This document shows positions 36,399 through 46,300 of a DNA stretch of 64,000 nt, in pieces. Positions within the stretch are counted from its first letter, which is position 1; the number at the start of each line of letters is the position of its first letter. A program made the translations under genes and the position numbers. Under the pieces are notes generated by a model. It searched no databases. It had not been told where the DNA came from and worked only from the letters and a program-made list of their open reading frames with translations. Source of the DNA: Candidatus Latescibacterota bacterium. GTDB taxonomy: Bacteria; Latescibacterota; UBA2968. Location of the stretch: the NCBI GenBank assembly GCA_965208125.1, contig OZ242320.1, positions 3,104,001-3,168,000 on the forward strand. Direction: 5' to 3'.

Positions 36399-37379
36399 TT
36401 ATTTACTCTCGTTTTCGATTGCCTGGATCAATGCGATGATGTACCCAAATTGGAATGCCCATGCCTGGGTTACGCGGCTGGAGACGCCTTCGGGGGCTGT
36501 GTCGTCGGGATGGCGGGGGGCGTGGTCGGGCATGAGCATGTAGGGATAGCCTGCCTGGTGTAGAGCTTTTACGATTTCGTACATGTTGACGTCGCCTTCA
36601 TCTGGCCAGGTTTCGCAAAAGTCGTGCAGGCCTCCGCGTATGTTTCTGAAGTGTACGTTGAAGATTTTTTTTCTTTCTGCGAAATATTTGACGATGGGCG
36701 GAAGTTCTTCGGCCGGGTTTTCCAGTCCTTCGGCGGCCACGCCGCAGCAGAAATTGAATCCGTGATAGGGGCTGTCAACCAGTTCGCTGAATCGCTTCAG
36801 GCCTTCAAATACGGGATAATTCCACTTTTCTATGCCGTTTAACACAGGTGCCGGTGGGTCGTTGAGGTGACACGCCATCTGTATTTTGTATTCTTCTGCT
36901 ACGGGCATTATGCGTTCGAGAAAGTACGCCGCCCGTTCAAAGGCTTCTTCTCGGCTTACGCGACCTATTTCGGTGAGGGTGTCGTTGTCGTATTCAGAGA
37001 GGACAAAGGAGCTGTACGTTGTCCCGCCGCGGCCCGGCCTGCGCCCGGTGCGCTGTACAAGGCCGCCCGAGGGTGCGCGCAAGACGCAGAAGTTGTAGTT
37101 CAGACCGCGCAGTCCGGCTTTGTGCGCGTTTTCGATGTATTGACAGAACAGGTCGATGTCTCTGTCGCGCTGCGGGTCTTTTGCCATGGGGATGCTGTCC
37201 ATTGGGGGAACGTGAATCATTTCGAGTTCGACCCCATAAGCGGCTGCTTCTTCTCTGTGCCGCGCGAGGGTGTCGGCATCCATGCCATCGACTGTGGCGT
37301 CAAAATGGGTGACGCCATGGCGCGATAGAAATTCCATTTCTATTTTTGATGTGCCGAAGTATTGTGTGCCTACGTACAT
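36399..37379 (-). CDS. mannonate dehydratase (UxuA) family protein
   Basis: MACHLNDPP, FNVHFRN, PDEGDV, MPDH. Confidence 0.8.
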   Translation of the reverse strand: MYVGTQYFGTSKIEMEFLSRHGVTHFDATVDGMDADTLARHREEAAAYGVELEMIHVPPMDSIPMAKDPQRDRDIDLFCQYIENAHKAGLRGLNYNFCVLRAPSGGLVQRTGRRPGRGGTTYSSFVLSEYDNDTLTEIGRVSREEAFERAAYFLERIMPVAEEYKIQMACHLNDPPAPVLNGIEKWNYPVFEGLKRFSELVDSPYHGFNFCCGVAAEGLENPAEELPPIVKYFAERKKIFNVHFRNIRGGLHDFCETWPDEGDVNMYEIVKALHQAGYPYMLMPDHAPRHPDDTAPEGVSSRVTQAWAFQFGYIIALIQAIENESK

Positions 37380-37392
37380 GACAGGTGTCCTT

Positions 37393-38508
37393 TCAAAGAA
37401 TTTGGGATAGAGCTTCGTCGAGTTTTTGAACGGTGCGGTCGATGTTTTGGAGTTTGTCCAGGCCGAATAGGCCCAGGCGAAAGGTCTGAAAGTCTTCTGG
37501 TTCGTCGCATTGCAAGGGTACGCCAGCGGCGATTTGAAGGCCCGCGTCCATGAATTTTTTGCCCGTTTGTATGTCGGGGTCTTCTGTGTAGCTGACTACT
37601 ACTCCCGGTGCCTGGAAACCTTCTGCTGCCACGCTTTTTATGTCTTTGCTGTTCAGGAGTGCCCGCACTTTGTCGCCGAGTTCTCGCTGTTGCGCGCAAA
37701 TTTTATCAAAGCCGTAATTTTCGGTTTCTTTCATTGCGTTGCGAAAGACTGTGAGGGCGTCCGTGGGCAGGGTTGCGTGATATGCATGGCCGCCACCTTC
37801 ATAAGCTTCCATAATTTGGAGCCATTTGTGCAGGTCGCAGGCAAAACTGGTGCTGGTTGTGGATTCAATTTGTTCCAGTGCAGGAGAACTGAGCATGACC
37901 AGGCCGCAACACGCAGCGGCACTCCAGCCTTTTTGCGGGGCGCTGATCAGGATATCGACACCGCAGGCTTTCATATCGACCCAGATTGTTCCCGAGGCGA
38001 TGCAGTCCAATACCAAGAGGCCGCCAACAGCGTGTATGGCATCTGATACGGAACGGATGTAGTCGTCGGGGAGTATGATCCCGGATGCGGTTTCGACGTG
38101 TGGCGCGAAGACAAAGTCCGGTTTTTCCGACGCGATTGTCTCTGTGACCTCTTCAATAGGTGGCGGTGCAAAAGGGGCGTGTTTGTCTTCGCCTGTGCGC
38201 CGCGCTTTGAGGACAATGGATTGGGATGGTATATCGCCCATTTCGAAAATTTGGGTCCAGCGATAGCTAAACCATCCATTGCGAATGATCAGGCATTTTT
38301 TGTCTGTGGCAAATTGTCGCGCTACGGCTTCCATGCCAAATGTGCCACTGCCGGGTACGACGATGACCGCGCTGGCGCGATACACTTTTTTGAGTGTGGT
38401 GGAGATATCTCGCATGACGCTCTGGAAGGATTGCGACATGTGGTTGAGTGCGCGGTCTGTATAGACGACGGAGTATTCCAGGAGTTTATCGGGGAGTAAA
38501 TCTGACAT
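37393..38508 (-). CDS. class V aminotransferase (serine-pyruvate/alanine-glyoxylate-like)
   Basis: GSGTFGME, HVETASG, LDCIAS, SAPQKG (PLP Lys). Confidence 0.9.
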   Translation of the reverse strand: MSDLLPDKLLEYSVVYTDRALNHMSQSFQSVMRDISTTLKKVYRASAVIVVPGSGTFGMEAVARQFATDKKCLIIRNGWFSYRWTQIFEMGDIPSQSIVLKARRTGEDKHAPFAPPPIEEVTETIASEKPDFVFAPHVETASGIILPDDYIRSVSDAIHAVGGLLVLDCIASGTIWVDMKACGVDILISAPQKGWSAAACCGLVMLSSPALEQIESTTSTSFACDLHKWLQIMEAYEGGGHAYHATLPTDALTVFRNAMKETENYGFDKICAQQRELGDKVRALLNSKDIKSVAAEGFQAPGVVVSYTEDPDIQTGKKFMDAGLQIAAGVPLQCDEPEDFQTFRLGLFGLDKLQNIDRTVQKLDEALSQIL

Positions 38509-38539
38509 TATTGGCCTCTCGGTGGATAGATGGTTTGAT

Positions 38540-39508
38540 CTATGGTTCCACTTCTGCTATGGCTATGCCGCTTTCTCCTGCGACGGCATATAATAAATAG
38601 ATGTGGCCATTTTCTTCAAAGATTGTCGGGTCGCGCAACTGGTTGACGTGTCCATAAGCCACGCTTCGGATAGAGGGTTCCAGAGGTGCGTCCGCGCCTT
38701 CCCATGGATGTTCTGGACGCAAGATTTCTACGCTTTCTGTTTCACACCAGTTTTGCCAGTCAACCGATATGTCAATGGTGCTCAGCAATATGCTTTCGGG
38801 TACGTCCCCTACCTGTGTCCAGAATATATACAGGGTATTTTCGCGCTTTAACAGAGCTGCGTGGCGCATGTTTTTGTTGAATAGCAATGGGCCTTCTTCA
38901 AAGTGCGAGAGTCCGTTGGCTGACCGATAAAATTGGCCCGGCATTGCCATGCCATAGACATAACCCGCGTGTCGAAAGATTCTGAGATAGCTTTTGGCGA
39001 AGGTTTCTGGGCGCGCTGTGAAGTTGATTCCATCGGGGGATGTGGCGACGCGGCTGATTTGATGTGCGAGTTTTTCGAGGCCGTGATAGTACATGACAAT
39101 GGTTTGATCGGCGTGGTTGACGTGTACATCTGGCGATGCGATATGCGGTGTGGTGGCTTCTGTCATCAGGTCGTGGGATAATTTTTGAGGGCCTTTTTCC
39201 GCGTGCCAGCGTGCTTTGATTTGTGTTATGTCTTTTTTTGATGCTGTGAGTGTCTGTGTGGGAAAGTGCGATTCGGCGAGTTGCAGGGTCCCCCGTGGAT
39301 GTATTTTCCAGGGTCCGCGCAGGTTATCTGCGTATGCGAGGCGGATGTAGCTTCCTTTGTGGTCGGCAAAGTACAGGTAATACGATCCGAGTGGTTCGGG
39401 TACCCAGTCGGGTACCCGGATTAGCGAGGGTCCCTGGATGTTGTGTCCGATACTCGGGTGCAAATCCGGGGTGATGATGGGGGCATTGAGTAGCCGCGTG
39501 ACGCGCAT
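38540..39508 (-). CDS. five-bladed beta-propeller glycoside hydrolase-like protein
   Basis: NIQGPS..YYLYFADH, HIASPD, QLRDP..YAVAGESGI. Confidence 0.6.
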   Translation of the reverse strand: MRVTRLLNAPIITPDLHPSIGHNIQGPSLIRVPDWVPEPLGSYYLYFADHKGSYIRLAYADNLRGPWKIHPRGTLQLAESHFPTQTLTASKKDITQIKARWHAEKGPQKLSHDLMTEATTPHIASPDVHVNHADQTIVMYYHGLEKLAHQISRVATSPDGINFTARPETFAKSYLRIFRHAGYVYGMAMPGQFYRSANGLSHFEEGPLLFNKNMRHAALLKRENTLYIFWTQVGDVPESILLSTIDISVDWQNWCETESVEILRPEHPWEGADAPLEPSIRSVAYGHVNQLRDPTIFEENGHIYLLYAVAGESGIAIAEVEP

Positions 39509-39519
39509 GTTATTTTCCT

Positions 39520-40527
39520 TTATACCAGTCCTGGTGTGAAGAGTACCATATCGTCTTCAAAATTTCTCAATGGCGCAATGCCGAGTTTTTTGAGTGCGTT
39601 GTGATAGATTTTGACCCCTTCTTCCGGGCTGATAAGGCCATCTGCGATGTCGCGCAGGACTTCGACAAATGCTCTGGGATTTTCGGCGCCTTTGATGCGG
39701 CGGCCAAAGAGGGCGACGCGCGCGCCGTGTTTTTTGGCTTCGGATATGAGTTTGAATGAATCGTAAGTGGTGCTCGTTGGTCCGCCGAGGATGCCGACGA
39801 CGACTGTGGAATCGTAGTTGACGAGGGCTTCCATGGCTTCTGGGCCATTGTAGGCTATTTTCAAAAATTCGGGACGCGATGCCCGGGGTATGCCGGCGAG
39901 CATCCGGGCGATCTGGTCATTTACGTATTTGGGGATGTCTTCTGCGCTCAGCCCGCAGTCTGCTACATTGGGGTTAAAGACTTCGAGGAAGTATCGAAAT
40001 CCTTTGCGTGTGGCTTCTGTTCTGAATGTTTTAAACTGCATCAGTGAGAGCCAGTCTGTATCCAGGTTGTTGTTGAATGTGATGGAGTACAGGCCGAGGT
40101 CGATATCTGGTTTTTGGTCGGGTTGGGGCAATAGCGTGCCGTATTGCGCTTCTTCAATTGTGGGTGAGGCAAAGGGGCGAGATGGGAGGGAGGTGTATTC
40201 TGCGCCTGTTGCATCCCACAGGTCGGTTGTGTCATTGGCGCGCACGGCAGGTGTTACGGGCGATGTGTCAAAGAGCCGTTTCTCATGTGCCAGGACATCC
40301 ATAGTGGAGACAGAGGTCAGTAAAACGTCGATTTTTGCTTGTTCAGTGATATCCACAAGGTCATCGTAATAGGCTTGTATAGTTGGTGTGGCATCTGTGA
40401 GTGTTGCAAGCCCTTTTGACATGTCGGGATCAGCGGCATACGCGATGATAAAGGCATCGCTGTTGGGATTGTTGCGTATGTCGGCGAGTTTTGTGTCTAA
40501 TGATTTTTTCATCTGTGTCCTTTTCAT
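39520..40527 (-). CDS. conserved hypothetical protein, aldolase-like TIM barrel
   Basis: FLEVFNP, FLKIAY, VGILGG, ALFGRRI pattern reminiscent of class I aldolases (inference). Confidence 0.55.
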   Translation of the reverse strand: MKRTQMKKSLDTKLADIRNNPNSDAFIIAYAADPDMSKGLATLTDATPTIQAYYDDLVDITEQAKIDVLLTSVSTMDVLAHEKRLFDTSPVTPAVRANDTTDLWDATGAEYTSLPSRPFASPTIEEAQYGTLLPQPDQKPDIDLGLYSITFNNNLDTDWLSLMQFKTFRTEATRKGFRYFLEVFNPNVADCGLSAEDIPKYVNDQIARMLAGIPRASRPEFLKIAYNGPEAMEALVNYDSTVVVGILGGPTSTTYDSFKLISEAKKHGARVALFGRRIKGAENPRAFVEVLRDIADGLISPEEGVKIYHNALKKLGIAPLRNFEDDMVLFTPGLV

Positions 40528-41174
40528 GTTTTGTGAATTAAGATCACATCGGCTCCGATGAATTCTATTTCTGTTTTATAGGTGTTTCCCAACCATTCAA
40601 ATGTCGTTTTTGAAAAAAAACAGATGTGTGTTGGGTCCCTTTTGTAATGCCAGTTTTTAAATGCGGATTTGTCGATTACGAGTTTGGTCATGATGCCGAG
40701 TATGCCGCCCTGTTTTACAAGACGATAAAGTTTTTGCAATTCACGTTGGGGATTTCTCAGGTGTTCTACGACTTCTGTTGCGGTTACAAAGTCGTATTCG
40801 CGCTGTAAGACTTCGGGGTTATGGGCGTAAAATTTGTCGTATATATCGACGGTATATCCGCACGCTTGAAGCATGAGGGATAATGTCGGTCCGGGACCGC
40901 ATCCAAAATCCAGGCCGTGCGCGCGTTTGGGAAGGCGCACTTTCAGGGGGTTGCAAATTCGCGATAAAAATGCCCTGTATTTTGGGTCTGCGGGGTCGTT
41001 TTTGTGCAGGTCGTAGCGTTGTTTTTCCTCTTGTTCCGATAGGTGAAACGTTTTGGGCACAAAGACGAGGGAGCAATCCATACAAATCAGATATTCTCTG
41101 AATGCGTCGCGGAGATAGTGGGCTGTGTTCTGGCTTTTGCAAAGCGGGCAGATGTCCGCTGGAGAGTTGTGCAT
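40524..41174 (-). CDS. class I SAM-dependent methyltransferase with N-terminal zinc ribbon
   Basis: CPLC..CMDC, LDFGCGPG, TEVVEH. Confidence 0.88.
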   Translation of the reverse strand: MHNSPADICPLCKSQNTAHYLRDAFREYLICMDCSLVFVPKTFHLSEQEEKQRYDLHKNDPADPKYRAFLSRICNPLKVRLPKRAHGLDFGCGPGPTLSLMLQACGYTVDIYDKFYAHNPEVLQREYDFVTATEVVEHLRNPQRELQKLYRLVKQGGILGIMTKLVIDKSAFKNWHYKRDPTHICFFSKTTFEWLGNTYKTEIEFIGADVILIHKT

Positions 41175-41293
41175 GGTGTAGATTAAATGATGTGGCGTCT
41201 CAAAATCCCGTTGTATTATTCGTGCAATCAGAATATCTTTGGCTCCGACCCTGAACAAGTTAACAATTTATCGTTTTTTTACCAATATACAAA

Positions 41294-42934
41294 ATGGAGA
41301 AATTCATGACTGGTTACGATGCTATGGCGCGTGTGCTCAAGGCAGAAGGTGTTGAGTTTCTGGTGGCGTTTCCCCATCAGACACTGATCGAAGCGTCGGC
41401 GAAGGTGGGGATTACCCCTATTATTTGTCGTCAGGAGCGCGCGGGTGTCAATATGGCCGATGGTTTTAGTCGCGTGTCCAATGGTAAGAAGTTTGGCATT
41501 TTTACGATGCAGCAAGGTCCTGGTGCAGAAAATGCGTTTGGAGGTGTGGCGCAGGCGTATGCAGATTCGGTGCCCGTGTTGCATTTGCCCGGCGGAGAGG
41601 CGCTGTCGCGTCAGGGCATTCATCCCACGTTTGAAGCGGTGCGGAACTACCGTCATGTTACGAAGTGGGCGGCTCAAATATACGCGGTGGAGGATATTCC
41701 GGTTATGATGCGTCGCGCGGTTGTGCAGTTGAAGAGCGGGCGTTTGGGTCCTGTGTTGTTGGAGATGCACAGGGAGGCTATGGCTGCCGAATATCCCGGT
41801 GAGGAGGTTGCTTATACGCCGGTTCAGGTGCGCCGTTCCGCCGCTGCGTCTGAAGATGTGCGCGATATGATTACAGATCTTCTCGGAGCTTCTCGTCCGG
41901 TTATTATAGCGGGGCAGGGGGTGTTGTATGCCGAGGCGACGGAGGAGTTGATCGAGTTTGCCGAGTTGGCCAGTGTTCCGGTGATGACAACGCTTGCGGG
42001 CAAGAGTGCTTTTCCAGAGACGCATCCGCTGTCGCTGGGTACTGGTGGGCATACATATACGTTGATGGTCAAGCGGTTTTTGGCGTCGATGGATTTTGGA
42101 CTGGGTATTGGTACGAGTTTTACGCGCAATACATTTACCACGCCGATGCCAGAGGGGGTTCCTCTGGGGCAGGTGACGAATTGCGCCGAGGATATGGGCA
42201 AGGATTTCGAGGTTGCTGTGGGTGCGCTGGGGGATGCGAAGCTGGTGTTGCGGCAGATGATTGAGGAGGTTAAGCGACAGGTTGGGGAGAATGGGCGTGA
42301 GAATGATGCTGAGGACCGGGTTGCCGCTGTGACCCGGGAGTTTGCGGCCCTTTGGGAGCCACATTTTACGTCGGATGAGGTTCCGATCAGTCCTTATCGT
42401 GTGATTCGTGAGTTGGAAAATGCGGTTGATGTGGGCAATACGATTATTACCCACGATTCGGGTTATCCGCGGGATCAACTCGTTCCGACGTGGAAACCCG
42501 TGACGCCGCGCGGGTACCTGGGCTGGGGCAAGTCAACGCAGCTCGGATATGGCCTGGGCTTGGCAGTGGGCGCGAAGTTGGCCGCGCCGGAGAAACAGGT
42601 GATCAATTTGATGGGCGATGCCGCATTTGGGATGGCGGGGCTGGATCTGGAGACGGCTGTTCGGGCAGAGATTCCGATTTTTACGGTTGTGCTCAATAAT
42701 GGGGTGATGACGAAGTACGATTCGCATATGCCGTATGCTTCAGATCGCTTTGGGAGCAATGAGTTGAGCGGGAATTACACGCAGGTGAGCGCGGGGTTGG
42801 GCGCACAGGCAGAGCGCGTGGATACGCCCGCTGAACTCGCCCCCGCGATCCACCGCGCACTCGCCGCGAATAGAGAGGGCAAAACCGCTGTGCTGGAGGT
42901 TATGACCAAGGCAGAGCCGAATGTTCCGACGTGA
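41294..42934 (+). CDS. thiamine pyrophosphate-dependent enzyme (acetolactate synthase-like)
   Basis: RQE, QGPGAEN, MGDAAFG...LNN. Confidence 0.9.
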   Translation: MEKFMTGYDAMARVLKAEGVEFLVAFPHQTLIEASAKVGITPIICRQERAGVNMADGFSRVSNGKKFGIFTMQQGPGAENAFGGVAQAYADSVPVLHLPGGEALSRQGIHPTFEAVRNYRHVTKWAAQIYAVEDIPVMMRRAVVQLKSGRLGPVLLEMHREAMAAEYPGEEVAYTPVQVRRSAAASEDVRDMITDLLGASRPVIIAGQGVLYAEATEELIEFAELASVPVMTTLAGKSAFPETHPLSLGTGGHTYTLMVKRFLASMDFGLGIGTSFTRNTFTTPMPEGVPLGQVTNCAEDMGKDFEVAVGALGDAKLVLRQMIEEVKRQVGENGRENDAEDRVAAVTREFAALWEPHFTSDEVPISPYRVIRELENAVDVGNTIITHDSGYPRDQLVPTWKPVTPRGYLGWGKSTQLGYGLGLAVGAKLAAPEKQVINLMGDAAFGMAGLDLETAVRAEIPIFTVVLNNGVMTKYDSHMPYASDRFGSNELSGNYTQVSAGLGAQAERVDTPAELAPAIHRALAANREGKTAVLEVMTKAEPNVPT

Positions 42935-42990
42935 TGTAATGTGAGCAGGTAGTATTTCAAATTTTATAAGATAATAATAGGTGGTTCGGC

Positions 42991-43617
42991 ATGGACAGTG
43001 TTTTCATTTATTGGGATAACTCCAATATCTTCCATGAGGCACAACGGTTGGCACAGGAACGACGCGAAGGCCCCAATGCCCGTTATCGCGTGCGTATCAA
43101 CGTTGACAATATACTGCGCCTGGCGCATGCCGACCGTCCTTTGAAGAAGGCACTTGCCGCTGGCTCTGTGCCGCCGGAGATGCGCCAGTTGTGGAATCGG
43201 ATGGAGAGCAAGGGGGTGGAAGTTCATCTATTTGATCGCGGCGACTCTGCGCGTGGCGAACAGGAAATGCCCGATCGGGTATTGCAGTTGCGGATGCTGG
43301 AAGATGCGCTGGATTACAACGGCAATCCGGGTATTGTGGTGTTGTTGACGGGCGATGGGGCAGGTTATCTGGAAGGCGCGGGTTTTCACAGTACATTGGA
43401 GCGCATGCACAAGCGCGGCTGGCGGGTGGAGATCCTTTCCTGGAAGCATTCCTGCAACCAGCGGATGCGAAGGTGGGCGCAGAAAAACGGCGTATTTGTC
43501 GCGCTAGACGACTTTTATGAGGCCATTACCTTCATGGAGCCGTCCAGGCCAGGGGCTGAGCTTGCGATCCCACGCGATTCTGCGGAATTGGATTTGTCGA
43601 AAAGGCCGATGGCTTGA
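42991..43617 (+). CDS. NYN domain (PIN-like) nuclease
   Basis: IYWDNSNIF, EQEMPD, LLTGDG, VEILSW. Confidence 0.82.
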   Translation: MDSVFIYWDNSNIFHEAQRLAQERREGPNARYRVRINVDNILRLAHADRPLKKALAAGSVPPEMRQLWNRMESKGVEVHLFDRGDSARGEQEMPDRVLQLRMLEDALDYNGNPGIVVLLTGDGAGYLEGAGFHSTLERMHKRGWRVEILSWKHSCNQRMRRWAQKNGVFVALDDFYEAITFMEPSRPGAELAIPRDSAELDLSKRPMA

Positions 43618-43640
43618 TTGGGAAATCTATTCACTCTTCA

Positions 43641-44525
43641 CTATGGAACGAACTCTTGGCCGATCTTCCACACTCCTTTCTCACGGAAAGCGGGAATAGT
43701 CTGGCGGCGGGCGGCGTTGGTGACAGCGGGTGCCGAAAGTCCATTCTGTCTGATATAATCCGATAGCTTGATGATTGCCTCTCCCTTCAAATAGCTCAGG
43801 CGCTTGTGTAGCGACTCTGTGAGAGCCAGTGATAGAATTCCCTCCATCGTCCTGGTCGTTCTGTTATCTTCGTAGTCTCTGAATGCCCGATAGTACGTTT
43901 CTTTCTCCGAGTTGCGGATGATAAGGCGCGGCAGACCGAGTTGCAGGAGTTGAAAGTTGATAATGACCCGCCCTATGCGGCCATTGCCGTCGCAAAAGGG
44001 ATGGATGGTCTCGAAATCCAGATGAAATCGGGCAATTTTATCCAGAAAGTAGGTGTCGAGGTCACTGGAATACTCAACGAGGATATTATCTATCATTCGT
44101 TCCACATGCTCGGGTGCCGGCGCTATATGAGTGCCTACCCGCACGTATTCTCCCTGCTGGCGAAAGCGACCTGCAATATCATCGTTAATGCCGCCAATAA
44201 GCATCTGATGTAAGAGTAGCATCAGGTCTTTGTTCAGTTCGCTATCTTTCGCTCTGTTGCGCTTATATTCTGTGACACGAGCCAGATTTTTCGCTTCAAA
44301 GACTTCCCGCACAGATACATTCCGAGATAACATCTGCTCCAACAGGATTTTCTCTGTCTCATTGAGGGTGAGGGTGGAATTTTCAATGGCGTTCGAGTTG
44401 TACACGCTCTCGGGTACCTCTACTTCGTCAATCATCGACAGTAGCGATTCTTTACCCTGACGCAAGGTATCGTACTCTCGTTTCAGAGTCTGGATGCGGT
44501 TTTTTGTCGGTTGTGTGCTTGCCAT
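43641..44525 (-). CDS. Fic family AMPylase (class II) with putative C-terminal HTH
   Basis: SNAIEN inhibitory motif; HPFCDGNGRIGR; C-terminal LSDY...AARRQTIPAFREKGVWKI. Confidence 0.92.
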   Translation of the reverse strand: MASTQPTKNRIQTLKREYDTLRQGKESLLSMIDEVEVPESVYNSNAIENSTLTLNETEKILLEQMLSRNVSVREVFEAKNLARVTEYKRNRAKDSELNKDLMLLLHQMLIGGINDDIAGRFRQQGEYVRVGTHIAPAPEHVERMIDNILVEYSSDLDTYFLDKIARFHLDFETIHPFCDGNGRIGRVIINFQLLQLGLPRLIIRNSEKETYYRAFRDYEDNRTTRTMEGILSLALTESLHKRLSYLKGEAIIKLSDYIRQNGLSAPAVTNAARRQTIPAFREKGVWKIGQEFVP

Positions 44526-44541
44526 ATTATTAGAATACCTT

Positions 44542-44706
44542 ATTCACGATAAATTGTCAAATATTAGTGAATAGAGAGGTGAAAATGGATGTCATTCATG
44601 ATAAATTTCCAAATTTCAGTGAATAGACGGGCAAAAATGGGTTCTATTCATGGTAAATTGTCAAATATTAGTGAATAGAGAGGTGAAAATGGGTGTCATT
44701 CATGGT
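44542..44706. repeat. 52-bp tandem repeat, about 3.2 copies, each internally palindromic
   Basis: units start at 44542, 44594, 44646, 44698; ATTCAY...GTGAAT arms; units 1 and 3 nearly identical. Confidence 0.9.
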
Positions 44707-44760
44707 TTTTTCAGGTCAAGTAGCGAAAATTTCGTATCTGCAAGCGTTTCAACATCGCTT

Positions 44761-45540
44761 TCACTCCTCGCTTGGCGCGCCAGCCACTTGTAATGAAGTG
44801 CCGAGTATTTGATTGTGTTTTATATCGGGATATTCCTGCCATTGTCTTCCATCCAGCGTATTGCCGCCAGCCTTGGGCGTGCGCTCACCCCATTGTTTGA
44901 AGAAGAAAGCGACATTTTGCGACTGACATTGATCGCGCAATTCACGTAGCCACTCTACTTTGACCGGACGCGCCCCTGGTCCGCTCTCGCCTCCTGCGAT
45001 TACCCAATGAATATCTGTAAGATCCACTGTACCAAGCGCGTAGAGTAACGGCTCGAATGAAACAAAGCGCGTTGAGGCATTGGTCTGTTTCAAGTGCCGC
45101 AGGCGCGTCATGGCTGCGGCATCTTCGATAGAGACACCGAGCCAGATATGTGGCGGAGCGGACAGGCTCCCATAGCGTTGATAGACAAAATCGCGCATCA
45201 GCGAACTGCGCTTGGTCAGCACTTGATAGATGTGCCAATCCGCCTGTTCCATCGTATCAAATACACGATGGATGTACTGAGTTGGTATGTCCTTATGGAA
45301 CAGATCGCTCATCGAATTAACAAAGATGAGTTGCGGACGTCGCCAGTGCCTGGGTTGCTCAAGGCGTTCGGGACGAAGTGTGAGGTCAAAACCCGTTTCA
45401 AAAGGGTTTCCCTTAACGCCGCGGAAACGCTCCGATAATCGCTCGGCATAGCAATGGTCGCAACCCGCACTTACTTTTGTGCAGCCAGTGACCGGATTCC
45501 ATGTGCCGTTGGTCCACTCAATAGTGCTTTTGCGCGACAT
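44761..45540 (-). CDS. DUF5131 / phage Gp37Gp68 family (radical SAM-like)
   Basis: IEWT..TWNPVTGCTKVSAGCDHCYAE, FVNSMSDLFH, LTKR, GGESG, FFFKQWG; AGGAGA RBS. Confidence 0.93.
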   Translation of the reverse strand: MSRKSTIEWTNGTWNPVTGCTKVSAGCDHCYAERLSERFRGVKGNPFETGFDLTLRPERLEQPRHWRRPQLIFVNSMSDLFHKDIPTQYIHRVFDTMEQADWHIYQVLTKRSSLMRDFVYQRYGSLSAPPHIWLGVSIEDAAAMTRLRHLKQTNASTRFVSFEPLLYALGTVDLTDIHWVIAGGESGPGARPVKVEWLRELRDQCQSQNVAFFFKQWGERTPKAGGNTLDGRQWQEYPDIKHNQILGTSLQVAGAPSEE

Positions 45541-45596
45541 ACAATTCTCCTGTGTGCCACTTGAAATAGACAAAAACTACTGCACATAAGTATAGT

Positions 45597-45617
45597 TTGA
45601 TCTTGCACAAAGATCAA
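45597..45617. promoter_or_regulatory. palindromic operator candidate between divergent DUF5131 and MTase operon
   Basis: TTGATCTT-GCACA-AAGATCAA. Confidence 0.45.
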
Positions 45618-45845
45618 GTATGGAGTATTTTCTTTTAGAAGGGAATGAGTTATATTCGGCTTATGATCCTCAGCATTCCGTCACAATTGTCTCAATCGTT
45701 CCTGCTTACACGAGACTTGTAGGCAAGGATTTGGTCTATCTCTTTCTTAGGGGTAGCGGTCTCCTATCCGTTTGATTTTGCCAGTACTGCACCATATCAT
45801 TAGTCCGTGCGAGCGATAGGGGTGAATTATCCATAGGCTGAAAAA

Positions 45846-46232
45846 ATGAGTGCTCTTGATAAGTTCCACAATAAGGCTATGGAAGTGGCGTTTTTCGCTG
45901 ATCAAGAACGGCGACGAGGGAATGAGAAACAGGCGGCAGAGTTGTTTGAGCAAGCACTGGACCTGGAGCTTAAGGCCCTTGATGAGATAACCGAGCCTGT
46001 TGAGCCGAGGTATTCAGTACTGCATCGCAGTGCTGGTTGGCTGGCTTTGGACTGCAATAAACCACGCCTGGCAGAGCAATTGGCCTGCAAAGCTCTCACA
46101 GGCGACCCTCATCCAAAAATCGCTCAGGAACTGCGTGACCTGCTGGCGGAAATCTACGCACGGATGCGCGATAAACCCAAGGGTGCCGCAAAGTCGAAGC
46201 CGTTTGGTTATACTGGCATCTTTGTTAGGTAG
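45846..46232 (+). CDS. small alpha-helical (TPR-like) hypothetical protein
   Basis: H.KAME.A..A; A..LE..A; EP..SVLHRSA..LAL; A.ELRDLL. Confidence 0.7.
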   Translation: MSALDKFHNKAMEVAFFADQERRRGNEKQAAELFEQALDLELKALDEITEPVEPRYSVLHRSAGWLALDCNKPRLAEQLACKALTGDPHPKIAQELRDLLAEIYARMRDKPKGAAKSKPFGYTGIFVR

Positions 46233-46300
46233 GATTAATATGCCGAAACCCGGCACCCAAAAGTCTAAAACGGTTAGGCAAGCAATATGGAAATCACAGC

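Noticed and set aside
41279-42478. 399-aa minus-strand ORF
   Set aside because: Antisense shadow of the ThDP enzyme.
44542-44706. CRISPR array
   Set aside because: Whole 52-bp units repeat (units 1 and 3 almost identical), there are no unique spacers, and no cas genes are in the window.
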